Shown: positions 33,798 through 43,846 of the stretch, one piece after another | Numbering within the stretch: position 1 is the first letter of the stretch | How the letters are laid out: each line of letters opens with the position of its first letter | Source: an uncultured Klebsiella sp. | Lineage (GTDB): Bacteria; Pseudomonadota; Gammaproteobacteria; Pseudomonadales; UBA5518 | Length of the DNA: 64,000 nucleotides | Direction: 5' to 3' | Assembly: GCA_964610955.1 (NCBI GenBank) | Contig: CAZSYV010000003.1 | Span: 902-64,901 of the forward strand | Made by a program: the position numbers and the translations under genes | Notes under the pieces: model-generated | What the model was told of the DNA's origin: nothing | Databases searched by the model: none | Seen by the model: only the letters and a program-made list of their open reading frames with translations

Positions 33798-34230
33798 GCA
33801 GCGCCTGCTGGAATTCGAGCCGCAGCGGTGTCGTCTCCCCCTCGGGGGTGACCGAAATGTCGAAGTACCCCGTCTCGGCGCTGTCGAAGCCGAATTCCGC
33901 GATGTAGTAGATCGCACCGTCCTCGCGGATCGTGCGAAACACCAGTTCCTCCTTGCGGATCAGGTCGCCGCGTGTGCCGCTGACACGTGCCTCGACAGCC
34001 TCTGTCCCCCTGCGCAGTGCAATGTTCAGGACGCCGCGATCGCTGCCACGCACGATGCCGTAGGCAGCCGCGATATCGGGTTGCAGGAAGCTGCTGGCGA
34101 ACACGCTGTAGTGCATCTCGAAGGCGCCGAACTGGCGGGTCTCGGCCTGTGCTGCCGATGCCCACAGCAGGCAGCAGGCGAGCAGCGTGATTGGCCGAAG
34201 GGAAAACCGGTGCAGCAGTATGTTCATCAT
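33787..34230 (-). CDS. periplasmic DUF4426-like protein
   Basis: 147 aa. A signal peptide ending AAQA is followed by FGAFEMHYSVFASSFLQPDIAAAYGIVR. The position between metW and rdgB matches the conserved hypothetical gene of Pseudomonas. The DUF number is from memory. Confidence 0.65.
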   Translation of the reverse strand: MMNILLHRFSLRPITLLACCLLWASAAQAETRQFGAFEMHYSVFASSFLQPDIAAAYGIVRGSDRGVLNIALRRGTEAVEARVSGTRGDLIRKEELVFRTIREDGAIYYIAEFGFDSAETGYFDISVTPEGETTPLRLEFQQALHAD

Positions 34231-34817
34231 CGGGTCACATGGTAGATGGCGGTGGCCCCGAACAGGTTGGGCAGGCTGCGCGCGAGCAGCGATGCCCGGT
34301 TCTGTGTGTCGACCACCGTACGGTTGATGACATGGATGTTCTTTTCCCGACACAGAACCTCGAAGTCGGAGACGGTGCAGAAGTGGATGTTGGGCGTGTC
34401 GTACCAAGTGTACGGCATGAAGCGTGACACGGGCATGCGACCGATGCCGGCCAGATACAGGCGACTGCGCCAGTTGGCGAAGTTCGGAAACGTGATGATG
34501 CACTCGCGCCCGATGCGCAGCATCTCGTCGAGCACCAGGTGCGGGTAGCGCACCGCCTGCAGGGTCTGCGTCATGATCACGGTGTCGAAGCTCGCGTCGC
34601 GAAAGTTCCCCAGGCCGCGGTCGAGATCCTGTTCGATCACGTTGACACCGCGCTCCAGGCACAGGGAAATCCTCAGTGGATCGATCTCCAGACCGTAGCC
34701 GCGCACCGCGCACTGCTCGGCCAGCCCGGCAAGCAGGCTGCCATCACCGCAGCCGAGGTCCAGCACGCGCGCCCCCGGGCGGATCCAGTCGCGGATGATC
34801 GGCAGCTCAACGCGCAT
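34227..34817 (-). CDS. metW: methionine biosynthesis protein MetW
   Basis: The protein has a SAM-methyltransferase-like fold (VLDLGCGDG) and is 196 aa. It overlaps the end of metX. Confidence 0.9.
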   Translation of the reverse strand: MRVELPIIRDWIRPGARVLDLGCGDGSLLAGLAEQCAVRGYGLEIDPLRISLCLERGVNVIEQDLDRGLGNFRDASFDTVIMTQTLQAVRYPHLVLDEMLRIGRECIITFPNFANWRSRLYLAGIGRMPVSRFMPYTWYDTPNIHFCTVSDFEVLCREKNIHVINRTVVDTQNRASLLARSLPNLFGATAIYHVTR

Positions 34818-35988
34818 CGGTGCCTCGTGGTGTCTGTATCGTCAGGTGCACCCGTTCGAGGTAGCGGCGCAGTACGTCGTGGTAGCGTGCGAGCGGCAAC
34901 AGGAAGGCATCATGGCCTTCGTTCGCTTCGATCTCGGCGTAGCTCACGTCGCGCCCGGCGCCGATCAGCGCATCGACGATCTCGCGTGAGCGCCGTGGCG
35001 GAAACCGCCAGTCGCTCGAGAACGACACGACGAGGAACCTGCAGCGTGCCTGTTCGAACGTGGCCACCGGGTCATCGCCGAAGTCGCGCGTGAGATCGAA
35101 GTAATCGAGCGCCCGCGTCATCAGCAGGTAGGTATTGGCGTCGAAATTGTCGGCAAAGTGATCGCCCTGGTAGCGCAGGTAGCTCTGCACCTGGAATTCC
35201 GCCTCCGCCTCGCTGCCCGGTGTGATCGAGCCATGGCGCAGTTCGCGGCCGAACTTGTCGCGCATCACCTCGTCCGAAAGGTAGGTGACGTGCCCGATCA
35301 TGCGCGCGATCGCCAGTCCCTGTCGTGGCAGCGTGCCGTGCTCGAGGAACCAGCCGTCGTGAAACTGCGGATCGGCCATGATTGCCTTGCGCGCGATTTC
35401 GTTGAATGCGAGGTTCTGTGCCGAGAGCCGCAGCGCTGCAGCAATCACCATGCAGTGGCGGATGCGCTCCGGGTGATCGATCGCCCAGCGCATGGCCTGC
35501 ATGCCACCGAGGCTGCCGCCGATCACCGCAGCCCAGCAGTCGATGCCGAGGACATCGGCGAGGCGTCGCTGTGTGGCGACCCAGTCGCGCACGTGCACGA
35601 CTGGAAACTCGGGCCCCCAGATGCGACCGGTCGCCGGGTTGATGCTGCGTGGCCCGGTGCTGCCTGCGCAGCCTCCCACATTGTTCAGCGCGACGACGAA
35701 GAAGCGTTGTGTATCGATCGGCTTGCCCGGTCCGATGCAGTTGTCCCACCAGCCGGGCTTGCGATCGCTTGCGGAATGCAGCCCCGCGGCATGGTGGTGA
35801 CCGCTCAGTGCGTGACAGATCAGCACCGCGTTCGAGCGTTGCGCGTCGAGTGTGCCGTAGGTCTCGTAGACGAGTTCCCAGGACGGCAGTGTGCGTCCGC
35901 AGGCAAGGGTCAACGGTTCCTCGAAGCGCTGTATGCGCGGAGAAACGATACCGACACTGCCGGTCGTTGCCGGTGACTCGATGCTCAT
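34807..35988 (-). CDS. metX: homoserine O-acyltransferase MetX
   Basis: An alpha/beta hydrolase with the nucleophile elbow GGSLGGMQA, followed by metW. I cannot decide between acetyl and succinyl specificity by eye. Confidence 0.9.
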   Translation of the reverse strand: MSIESPATTGSVGIVSPRIQRFEEPLTLACGRTLPSWELVYETYGTLDAQRSNAVLICHALSGHHHAAGLHSASDRKPGWWDNCIGPGKPIDTQRFFVVALNNVGGCAGSTGPRSINPATGRIWGPEFPVVHVRDWVATQRRLADVLGIDCWAAVIGGSLGGMQAMRWAIDHPERIRHCMVIAAALRLSAQNLAFNEIARKAIMADPQFHDGWFLEHGTLPRQGLAIARMIGHVTYLSDEVMRDKFGRELRHGSITPGSEAEAEFQVQSYLRYQGDHFADNFDANTYLLMTRALDYFDLTRDFGDDPVATFEQARCRFLVVSFSSDWRFPPRRSREIVDALIGAGRDVSYAEIEANEGHDAFLLPLARYHDVLRRYLERVHLTIQTPRGTDAR

Positions 35989-36036
35989 GCAGACTCCTTG
36001 GGGGTGGCTCAGCCTAGCAACAGCGCATGGCGCTGT

Positions 36037-36342
36037 TCAAGCGCATGGGTCGTCCATCGCGGCTTCGACCGGGATTGTGGACGGCGCACGGATGCGCACG
36101 GTTTTCAGGCGACTGCCGTGGCCGCTGCTGATCTCGACGGCGCTTGCCGGGACGCCGAATGCCTCGGCGAGGAAGTGCCGCAGCCGCAGGTTGGCCTCGC
36201 CATCGCTCGGCAGAGCATGGATGCGCACCCGCAACCGACCGCCATGCGCGCCGATGATGCGGTCTTCCCGCGCCCGCGGTTGCACCTGGCAGCGCAGCAC
36301 CAGTACCTCACCATCGTGGTGCCAGTGGCGTTCGTGGGTCAT
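36037..36342 (-). CDS. yggU: DUF167 (YggU) family protein
   Basis: 101 aa, with the C-terminal half NLRLRHFLAEAFGVPASAVEISSGHGSRLKTVRI typical of YggU. Its ATG overlaps the yggT stop. Confidence 0.8.
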   Translation of the reverse strand: MTHERHWHHDGEVLVLRCQVQPRAREDRIIGAHGGRLRVRIHALPSDGEANLRLRHFLAEAFGVPASAVEISSGHGSRLKTVRIRAPSTIPVEAAMDDPCA

Positions 36343-36929
36343 CAGAAGCCGATGATCAGGCCACCCGGCAGGCCAATGGCCTGGGCAATGCCGCGCAGCA
36401 CGATTTCGAGCACATTGATCGCAACGAAAACCAGGATGGGCGAGAAGTCCAGACCGCCAAGGGGCGGGAGCAGGCGACGCACCGGTGCCATCACGGGCTC
36501 CGTGAGCTGATAGAGCAGTGCAACGGCCGGGTGCTGGCTCTGTGGCGCAATCCAGCTCAGGATGATTGCTGCAAGAATGGCGAAGAAATAGATGTTGACG
36601 AGTACCGCACAGATACCGGTTGCCGCCCAGGCGAGCAACAGCAGCGGATTGGGTGGACGAAAGCCCGCGAGCCAGAGGATCAACAGTGCTGCCGCGCACT
36701 GGATTGCCATTGCCAGTACCAGGCTTGCCGTATCCAGGCGGCCCCATGAGGGGATGGCGCGGCGCAGTGGCCGCAGCAGCGGGTTGGTGATCCTGACGAT
36801 GAGCTGTGAGATCGGGTTGTAGAAGTCAGCGCGCACCAGCTGCAGCAGCAGCCGCAGCAGCACGGCAAACAGCAGCAATCCCAACAGGCTCTGCAACACG
36901 TAGCGGAGTGCCTCGGTCATCGTTCCCAT
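36342..36929 (-). CDS. yggT: YggT family membrane protein
   Basis: A polytopic membrane protein with a duplicated YGGT-type repeat (NPISQLIVRITNPLLRPLRR and LTEPVMAPVRRLLPPLGGLDFSPI). Confidence 0.85.
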   Translation of the reverse strand: MGTMTEALRYVLQSLLGLLLFAVLLRLLLQLVRADFYNPISQLIVRITNPLLRPLRRAIPSWGRLDTASLVLAMAIQCAAALLILWLAGFRPPNPLLLLAWAATGICAVLVNIYFFAILAAIILSWIAPQSQHPAVALLYQLTEPVMAPVRRLLPPLGGLDFSPILVFVAINVLEIVLRGIAQAIGLPGGLIIGF

Positions 36930-36945
36930 GGTGGCTGGATCCCGT

Positions 36946-37770
36946 TCAGTGCTGGCCGAGTTCTTCGGCAAGTTCACGCGAGCGGTTGCTCGCGGCCTCG
37001 AGTGCGTTTTCGAATATGCGGCGCAACCCGCGCTCCTCGAGCACGCGCAGCGCCCTCTCCGTGGTACCTCCGGGCGACGTGACGCGCCGACGCAGTTCGG
37101 TCACCGCAACGCCGCTCTCGAGCGCCATGCGCGCTGCACCCAGTGCGGTCTGTGCCGTCAGCGTGCGTGCCAGCACCGGATCGAGCCCGAGATTCTCGCC
37201 CGCGGTCTGCATCGCTTCCATGATCAGGAAGAAGTAGGCGGGGCCGCTGCCGGAGAGGGCCGTGACGGCATGCATCGCATCCTCGTCACTGACCCATGTC
37301 ACTGAACCGATGCTGCCGAGAATACGCTCGGCCTCGCCTCGCTGTCCGGGGCTGACTCTCACCGTCGCGTAGAGCACCGATGCGCTCGCCTGCACCAGCG
37401 CTGGCGTGTTGGGCATGCAGCGCACGATTGCCGTGCCCTCACCTAGCCACGCACCGAGCGATGCCGTGCTGATGCCGGCTGCTATCGAGATCACCAGCAG
37501 CTCGTCAGCCGCAGTGGTACCGGCAATGTCCAGGCAGGCCGAGCGCAGCTGCTGCGGCTTCACTGCAAGCACGATGACGCCGGCACCCCTGACTGCATCG
37601 GCATTCGCCGCATGGGTGGTCACGCCGAGTGCGGCAAGCCGCTCCCTGCACTCGGGGTCCGGGTCCGAGGCGCGGATCGTTGCCGGATCCTGCCCCTGTG
37701 CGATCAGGCCGCCGATCATGCTGGCTGCCATGTTGCCGCCCCCGATGAAGGCGATTCCGTTGTGTTTCAT
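36946..37770 (-). CDS. proC: pyrroline-5-carboxylate reductase
   Basis: The Rossmann motif IAFIGGGNMA and the C-terminal SPGGTTERAL are present. Confidence 0.92.
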   Translation of the reverse strand: MKHNGIAFIGGGNMAASMIGGLIAQGQDPATIRASDPDPECRERLAALGVTTHAANADAVRGAGVIVLAVKPQQLRSACLDIAGTTAADELLVISIAAGISTASLGAWLGEGTAIVRCMPNTPALVQASASVLYATVRVSPGQRGEAERILGSIGSVTWVSDEDAMHAVTALSGSGPAYFFLIMEAMQTAGENLGLDPVLARTLTAQTALGAARMALESGVAVTELRRRVTSPGGTTERALRVLEERGLRRIFENALEAASNRSRELAEELGQH

Positions 37771-38498
37771 TCAAGTCCTTCCTCTTGGTGACTCTTTGGC
37801 GCACGTGGACCAAACAGTGCAGTGCCGATACGTACGATGGTCGCGCCCTCGGCAATTGCCGCTTCCATATCCTCGCTCATGCCCATCGACAGCGTGTCGA
37901 GGCCTGCGATCTGCTGCTGCAGCTCGGCAAGGCAGCGCGCAAGACGTGCAAACGGTCGCCGCTGTCGCTCGAGCCCCCTGCTCGGCTCAGGCAGTGTCAT
38001 GAGTCCCCGCAGGCGCAGTCGTGGGAGTGCCGCCACGGCCGTGGCGAGCCCCGACAGCTGTTCCGGAGAGACGCCTCCCTTGCTGCCTTCACCGGAGAGG
38101 TTCACCTCGATGCAGCACTCGAGCGGTGGCAGTGAGGCGGGGCGCTGCTCGTTCAGCCGCCTGGCGATGCGCAGACGATCGATGCCGTGGACCCAGGAGA
38201 AGCTGTGAGCGATCGCTGCCGTCTTGTTTGCCTGAATCCGACCGACAAAGTGCCAGCTCAACGGCAGCCCCGCCAGCAATCCGATCTTTGCCGTGGCTTC
38301 CTGAACGTAGCTTTCACCGAACTGTGACAGCCCCGCCCCGTGTGCCGCGCGTATCCGCTCGACCGAGTGGGTCTTGCCGATCGCCAGCAGCATGACCGAG
38401 CCGGGAGGGCGTCCGTAGCGGCGTTCAAGCATCGCGATGCGCGTGCGCAGCGCATCGACGCGTTCGGCGATCGTGTTCGTCGGTGATTCTTCGTCCAT
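37767..38498 (-). CDS. yggS: PLP homeostasis protein YggS
   Basis: LLAIGKTHS contains the PLP lysine, and the protein has the alanine-racemase-N fold. The stop overlaps the proC start (ATGA). Start at ATG 38498. Confidence 0.9.
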   Translation of the reverse strand: MDEESPTNTIAERVDALRTRIAMLERRYGRPPGSVMLLAIGKTHSVERIRAAHGAGLSQFGESYVQEATAKIGLLAGLPLSWHFVGRIQANKTAAIAHSFSWVHGIDRLRIARRLNEQRPASLPPLECCIEVNLSGEGSKGGVSPEQLSGLATAVAALPRLRLRGLMTLPEPSRGLERQRRPFARLARCLAELQQQIAGLDTLSMGMSEDMEAAIAEGATIVRIGTALFGPRAPKSHQEEGLE

Positions 38499-38549
38499 GG
38501 CACGGCAGCGTCTGCGCACCCTCCCCCTTTCCTTTACCCGCGCCCAGCG

Positions 38550-38559
38550 TGGTCTATTA
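38550..38559 (+). promoter_or_regulatory. TGGTCTATTA motif, copy 1 (pilT upstream; contains a TATTAT -10-like hexamer)
   Basis: This 10-mer is identical to the one at 43776..43785. It lies 63 nt before the pilT ATG. TTTACC sits 16 nt upstream of TATTAT as a possible -35. Confidence 0.35.
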
Positions 38560-38622
38560 TACCGAAGGGTCTCGTGCAGCTGATCGTCTGCAGTACCTCG
38601 TCATTCATCGCCGGGAATTTCA

Positions 38623-39657
38623 ATGGATATTACCGAACTGCTGGCCTTTTCCGTCAAACAGCGCGCATCGGACCTGCACCTCTCGGCTGGGTTGCCACCA
38701 ATGATCCGTGTGGACGGCGACGTGCGGCGCATCAATCTGCCGCCGCTGGAGCACCGCGAGGTCCATGCGCTGATCTACGAGATCATGAACGACAAGCAGC
38801 GTCGGGACTACGAGGAATTCCTGGAGACGGACTTCTCATTCGAGGTTCCCGGTGTGGCGCGGTTTCGGGTCAACGCGTTCAACCAGAATCGTGGCTCGGG
38901 CGCGGTCTTCCGCACGATTCCCTCCAAGGTGCTCACGATGGAAGAGCTCGGCATGGGCCAGGTCTTTCGCGACATCAGCATGGAGGCGCGCGGACTCGTG
39001 CTGGTGACGGGCCCGACCGGCTCCGGCAAGAGCACCACGCTGGCAGCGATGGTCGATTACATCAATGACAACAGGTATCAGCACATCCTGACGATCGAGG
39101 ATCCGATCGAATTCGTCCACGAGTCAAAGAAGTGCCTGGTCAACCAGCGTGAAGTGCATCGCGACACCCACGGATTTGCCGAAGCACTGCGTTCGGCACT
39201 GCGCGAGGACCCGGACATCATTCTGGTGGGCGAGATGCGAGACCTGGAGACGATTCGCCTCGCTCTTACCGCTGCGGAAACCGGCCACCTGGTGTTCGGC
39301 ACGCTGCACACCACTTCGGCGGCAAAGACCATCGACCGCGTCGTCGACGTCTTTCCGGCGCAGGAAAAGTCGATGGTGCGCTCGATGCTCTCGGAGTCAC
39401 TGATGGCAGTAGTTTCGCAGACGCTGCTGAAGCGCACCGGCGGTGGCAGGATCGCTGCACACGAGATCATGCGTGGTACGGCGGCCATCCGCAACCTGAT
39501 CCGCGAGGACAAGGTGGCACAGATGTACTCCGCCATCCAGACGGGCTCCGGTGTCGGGATGCAGACGATGGACCAGTGCCTGAGCGATATGGTTGCAAAG
39601 CGCCAGATCACCCGCGAGGCCGCTCGCGAAAAGGCGAAGATCAGCGACAGTTTCTGA
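38623..39657 (+). CDS. pilT: type IV pilus retraction ATPase PilT
   Basis: Long stretches are identical to P. aeruginosa PilT as I recall it (MDITELLAFS, GLPPMIRVDGDVRRINLPPLEH, Walker A GPTGSGKST, AIRNLIREDK). Confidence 0.95.
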   Translation: MDITELLAFSVKQRASDLHLSAGLPPMIRVDGDVRRINLPPLEHREVHALIYEIMNDKQRRDYEEFLETDFSFEVPGVARFRVNAFNQNRGSGAVFRTIPSKVLTMEELGMGQVFRDISMEARGLVLVTGPTGSGKSTTLAAMVDYINDNRYQHILTIEDPIEFVHESKKCLVNQREVHRDTHGFAEALRSALREDPDIILVGEMRDLETIRLALTAAETGHLVFGTLHTTSAAKTIDRVVDVFPAQEKSMVRSMLSESLMAVVSQTLLKRTGGGRIAAHEIMRGTAAIRNLIREDKVAQMYSAIQTGSGVGMQTMDQCLSDMVAKRQITREAAREKAKISDSF

Positions 39658-39732
39658 GCCTGGCGTCGCCGCCGGCCTGCTCACCATGAAGGATGATGCC
39701 TGATGGATGCCACCGAGTCGTCACAAAGAGAG

Positions 39733-40878
39733 ATGGAAGTCTCGGACATGCTGGTGCGCATGTCCGAGAAGAAGGCCTCCGACCTGTTCATCACGGCGGG
39801 AGTCGCGCCGTGCATCAAGGTCAACGGACAGCTGCAGTTGCTCAATGAGACACCACTCACGCCGGAGCGCGTGCGCGAACTGGTGCTCAGCGTGATGAGC
39901 GACTCCCAGCGCAAGGACTTCGTGCGCACCCACGAGTGCAACTTCGCCATCAGCGCGCGTGGTGTCGGGCGGTTTCGTGTCAGTGCGTTCTACCAGCGCA
40001 ACCTGGTCGGCATGGTGCTGCGGCGCATCGAATCGAAGATACCGACGATCGAGGAGCTGATGCTGCCGGCAATCATCAACGAGCTGGCGATGACCAAGCG
40101 CGGGCTGATCATCTTCGTCGGGGCGACGGGAACCGGCAAGTCGACCTCGCTGGCATCGATGATCGGCTATCGCAACCGCAACGCTTCCGGTCACATCATC
40201 ACCATCGAGGATCCGATCGAGTACGTGCACCAGCACATCAAGAGCATCGTGACGCAGCGCGAGGTCGGCATCGATACCGAGAGCTTCGAGGTCGCCCTGA
40301 AGAACACGCTGCGTCAGGCCCCAGATGTGATCCTGATCGGGGAGATTCGTACCCGCGAGACGATGCAGCACGCAGTCACCTTCGCCGAAACCGGTCACCT
40401 GTGCCTTGCCACGCTGCACGCGAACAACGCCAACCAGGCGCTCGACCGTATCCAGAACTTCTTCCCGACCGACGCGCGGGATCAGTTGTGGATGGATCTG
40501 TCGCTCAACCTGAAGGCAATGATTGCCCAGCAGCTGATTCCGACGGTCGATGGACGGGGGCGGCGTGCTGCAGTCGAGGTGCTGATCAACACACCCCTGG
40601 TGGCCGATCTGATCCGCAAGGGTGAGGTGCACTCGCTGAAGGAGCTCATGGCGCGCTCGACCGAGCTGGGCATGCTGACCTTCGACCAGTCGCTGTACCA
40701 GCTCTACTGCGATGGTGTGATCTCCTATGAGAACGCAATGCAGTACGCTGATTCGCAGAACAACCTGCGCCTGATGATCAAGCTGGGCACACAGACTTCC
40801 GGTCTTGGGCGCGCCAGTGGCCTCACGCTCGATGATTCGCAGGAGAATGCCGGACAGGTGTTCGGCCGGCGTCCCTGA
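39733..40878 (+). CDS. pilU: type IV pilus ATPase PilU
   Basis: Collinear with P. aeruginosa PilU (SDLFITAGV, ECNFAISARGVGRFRVSAFYQRNLVGMVLRRIE, GATGTGKST). Start at ATG 39733 (MEVSDML), preceded by AAGAGAG. Confidence 0.92.
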   Translation: MEVSDMLVRMSEKKASDLFITAGVAPCIKVNGQLQLLNETPLTPERVRELVLSVMSDSQRKDFVRTHECNFAISARGVGRFRVSAFYQRNLVGMVLRRIESKIPTIEELMLPAIINELAMTKRGLIIFVGATGTGKSTSLASMIGYRNRNASGHIITIEDPIEYVHQHIKSIVTQREVGIDTESFEVALKNTLRQAPDVILIGEIRTRETMQHAVTFAETGHLCLATLHANNANQALDRIQNFFPTDARDQLWMDLSLNLKAMIAQQLIPTVDGRGRRAAVEVLINTPLVADLIRKGEVHSLKELMARSTELGMLTFDQSLYQLYCDGVISYENAMQYADSQNNLRLMIKLGTQTSGLGRASGLTLDDSQENAGQVFGRRP

Positions 40879-41298
40879 TCAGTCCGGGTTTGCCGATGTT
40901 CCGCCGGCGCTGAACCAGGTCTCGAGGATGATGCAGGCAGCCACGCTGTCCAGCGCCGCGTGCGCGCTGCCGTCGAGCAGTCGCCCGCGAGCCGCGAAGG
41001 TGCTCAATCGTTCGTCCACCAGCTCGCAGCGCAGCCCGAAGCGTCCGTGCAGGCGCCGTGCAAAGCGTGAGGCGCGTTCGCTGATCGGACTCGGTGTGTC
41101 GTCCATGTTCAGTGGCAGCCCCACCACAAGCACGGTGGGCGCCCATTCGCTGATCAGGCGCCGCACCTGCTCCCAGTCGGGTACGCCGTCACGCGCAGCG
41201 AGTGGTGGCAGTGCCCTGGCGGTTGCCGCAAGCGGGTTTCCGATCGCCACCCCGATACGGCGCAGACCGTAATCGAAAGCCAGTACATTGCCCGTCAT
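40879..41298 (-). CDS. ruvX: YqgF/RuvX putative pre-16S rRNA nuclease
   Basis: LAFDYGLRRIGVAIG and LVVGLPLNMD are present. The stop abuts the pilU stop with no spacer. Confidence 0.9.
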   Translation of the reverse strand: MTGNVLAFDYGLRRIGVAIGNPLAATARALPPLAARDGVPDWEQVRRLISEWAPTVLVVGLPLNMDDTPSPISERASRFARRLHGRFGLRCELVDERLSTFAARGRLLDGSAHAALDSVAACIILETWFSAGGTSANPD

Positions 41299-41304
41299 GT
41301 GTGC

Positions 41305-41865
41305 TCAGGCGTTGCCGAAGGTGGCGCTCAGCAGGTCGAGGTTGATCCCGAGTCGTGATGCCGCCGCCTGCACACGCTGCTCCAGCGGAACATTGAACAG
41401 TATCGTTGCCTCTGCCGGCAGGGTGAGCCACGCGTTTGCGCCGAGCTCCTGCTCGAGTTGCCCTGGTCCCCAGCCGGCGTAGCCAAGTGCAATCAACGCA
41501 TTTTCGGGTCCATCGTCGTGTGCGATCGATTCGAGGATGTCGCGCGAGGTGGTGAGGCTGATCTCTGCGCTGATGTCCAGCGTTGCCTGCCAGCGTCGGG
41601 AATCGTCGCGCCAGTGCAGCACGAAGCCGCGTTCGGTGGATACGGGACCCCCGGCGAGCACCGGCTGAGGGTGACTGTGGTGAAAATCATGGATTTCGAG
41701 GTGTTCGAAGATATCGTCGAAACTGATGTCCAGTGCGCGGTTCACCACGATGCCCATCGCACCGTACTGATCATGCTCACACAGGTAGGTGATGCTGTGG
41801 GCAAAAAGCGACTCCCGCAGTCCCGGCATGGCGATCAGGAAGTGGTTGCGCAGGCTGGCATTCAT
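41305..41865 (-). CDS. algH: YqgE/AlgH family protein
   Basis: NHFLIAMPGL...FAHSITYLCEHD..GAMGIVVNR is typical of the family. Start at ATG 41865. Confidence 0.88.
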   Translation of the reverse strand: MNASLRNHFLIAMPGLRESLFAHSITYLCEHDQYGAMGIVVNRALDISFDDIFEHLEIHDFHHSHPQPVLAGGPVSTERGFVLHWRDDSRRWQATLDISAEISLTTSRDILESIAHDDGPENALIALGYAGWGPGQLEQELGANAWLTLPAEATILFNVPLEQRVQAAASRLGINLDLLSATFGNA

Positions 41866-41907
41866 GCGGGCATTGTGGGTCGCCAGTGTCCGGCGTGGCA
41901 AGTGCGC

Positions 41908-42768
41908 TCAGTCGTTGGCGCTCAGGCGGTTGGCGCGGAATTGCCAGGTACGGATGATTTCGAGCCGATCGGCTCGTGCGGCAATCGCTGCGGGGAAGGC
42001 ATTGAAAGGTGCAGCCAGGCGCACGATCTGCACTGCGGCGTTGTCCAGCAGCTCATGGCCGGAACTCTGCAGCACGCGTGTCTCGATGACGCTGCCGTCG
42101 GGACGCAATGCCACCAGCAGCCGCAGCTCGCCATAGAGCCGACGTCGCTTCGCCTCGATGGGATAATGTTCGTTACCGATTGCCTCGACACGCTGCTTCC
42201 AGGCGAACAGGTAGGCCGCATCGGCCGCCTCACGGGTCGCGGCCGATGTCAGGCGTTCGATGCGCGGCATCTTTGCGTAGGCCTGACGCTGTGCATCGAG
42301 CCGGGCGAGCAGCGTGGCGATCTCGCTTGTCGTCTGCACATGCTGCGGGGTATCGGGCAGCATGGGTTGGTCGTACCCGGACTCCTCACTCGGAGGAGTG
42401 CTCGAGACCTCTTCGCTGTGGCGGGTCTCCAGCAGCGGTACGGACGTTGCCTCCCGGGGGGCGCCTGCCATGGGTGTGAATGCCGGCTGAACGATGGCTG
42501 CTTCGAAGGATCCCACCACGGGCACCGTCGGGTCGTTGGCATCCCGTTCGATCCCGCTCCCGCGCTGGCTGAACTGGGCGAGAAGCTCCGTATCGGGAGA
42601 GGCCTGATCGTCATGCTGCAACGCCAGCGTCACGTCCAGTGCCGGCGCACGTGCAGGGGGCCGGTGGTGCATGACGCCTATGCCGAGGAGCGCTGCAGCG
42701 TGCAGCAGGAGTGCCAGCAGCACGCTCAGGCGCAGTCGCTCGGCAGGTGCGGCCCGGGCGTGGCGCAT
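41908..42768 (-). CDS. tonB: TonB-family energy transducer (TonB3-like by position)
   Basis: An N-terminal anchor (LSVLLALLLHAAALLGIGV) and a C-terminal TonB domain (YPIEAKRRRLYGELRLLVALRPDGSV...SSGHELLDNAAV) are present. It lies between gshB and algH, as tonB3 does in P. aeruginosa. Confidence 0.75.
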   Translation of the reverse strand: MRHARAAPAERLRLSVLLALLLHAAALLGIGVMHHRPPARAPALDVTLALQHDDQASPDTELLAQFSQRGSGIERDANDPTVPVVGSFEAAIVQPAFTPMAGAPREATSVPLLETRHSEEVSSTPPSEESGYDQPMLPDTPQHVQTTSEIATLLARLDAQRQAYAKMPRIERLTSAATREAADAAYLFAWKQRVEAIGNEHYPIEAKRRRLYGELRLLVALRPDGSVIETRVLQSSGHELLDNAAVQIVRLAAPFNAFPAAIAARADRLEIIRTWQFRANRLSAND

Positions 42769-42772
42769 GGCA

Positions 42773-43723
42773 TCAGCGCCCCATGCGTGCGGTGATCGCG
42801 TCGATGACTGCCGAACCGATGTCCAGGCCATGGGCATCGTTCAGTTCGCGAATGCAGGTCGGACTGGTCACGTTGATCTCGGTGAGATACTCGCCGATCA
42901 CGTCCAGTCCGACGAACAGCAGACCGCGCGCACGCAGTTGCGGGCCGACCTCGGCGGTAATCCAGCGGTCTCGTTCGCTCAGGATACGCGCCTCGCCGCG
43001 GCCGCCGGCAGCGAGATTGCCGCGCGTCTCGCCAGGGGGCGGAATGCGCGCCAGCGCGTACGGAACGGGCTCGCCGTCGATCATCAGGATGCGCTTGTCG
43101 CCGTCGGTGATTGCCGGGATGAAGCGCTGGGCCATGATCGTCGTGGTGCCGTGAGCTGTCAGCGTTTCCAGAATCACGCTGAGATTGGGGTCGCCGTCAC
43201 GCACGCGAAACACGCCCGTGCCGCCCATCGCATCGAGCGGTTTCAGGATCACATCGCCGTGTTCGTGCTGGAATTCGCGCAGCTTCCGAGGGTCGCGGCT
43301 CACCAGCAGGGGCGGACAGCACTGTGGGAACTGGGTCGCGAAGAGCTTCTCGTTGCAGTCACGCAGTGCCCGCGGGTCGTTGACGACCAGGCAGCCCTCG
43401 CGTGCCGCAGCTTCGAGGATATAGGTCGAATAGAGGAATTCGCCATCGAAAGGTGGATCCTTGCGCATCAATATGACGTCGAGCTCACCAAGCGCCACCT
43501 CGTGCGCCATGCCGAGGCTGAACCAGTGTGCTGGATCCCGATGCACTTCCAGGGGGTGCACGCGTGCGTACGCACTGCCATTGCGCAGGAACAGATCCCC
43601 CTGTTCCATGTAGGACAGCTCCCAGCCACGATCCTGTGCGGCCCACAGCAGAGCCAGTGTGCTGTCCTTGGCGTAGTGCACCAGGCCTATCGGGTCCATC
43701 ACGACACCGAGTCGTGTGTTCAT
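42773..43723 (-). CDS. gshB: glutathione synthetase
   Basis: A 316-aa ATP-grasp protein collinear with GshB (VILMRKDPPFD, KPLDAMGGTGVFRV, EINVTSPT). Start at ATG 43723. The track ORF runs on antisense through pilG. Confidence 0.92.
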   Translation of the reverse strand: MNTRLGVVMDPIGLVHYAKDSTLALLWAAQDRGWELSYMEQGDLFLRNGSAYARVHPLEVHRDPAHWFSLGMAHEVALGELDVILMRKDPPFDGEFLYSTYILEAAAREGCLVVNDPRALRDCNEKLFATQFPQCCPPLLVSRDPRKLREFQHEHGDVILKPLDAMGGTGVFRVRDGDPNLSVILETLTAHGTTTIMAQRFIPAITDGDKRILMIDGEPVPYALARIPPPGETRGNLAAGGRGEARILSERDRWITAEVGPQLRARGLLFVGLDVIGEYLTEINVTSPTCIRELNDAHGLDIGSAVIDAITARMGR

Positions 43724-43775
43724 CTGCGAACTCCGTCTGGGTTTCAGGCGTGCTTCCTGTATTTCCATGAGCCCA

Positions 43776-43785
43776 TGGTCTATTA
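43776..43785 (+). promoter_or_regulatory. TGGTCTATTA motif, copy 2 (pilG upstream; contains a TATTAA -10-like hexamer)
   Basis: This 10-mer is identical to the one at 38550..38559. It lies 61 nt before the pilG ATG. Confidence 0.35.
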
Positions 43786-43846
43786 ATTGTCGACTGTCGG
43801 ACAACGATAGCAGATGCCGGTCGGTGCGATTGGGGGAGGGCTGGAA

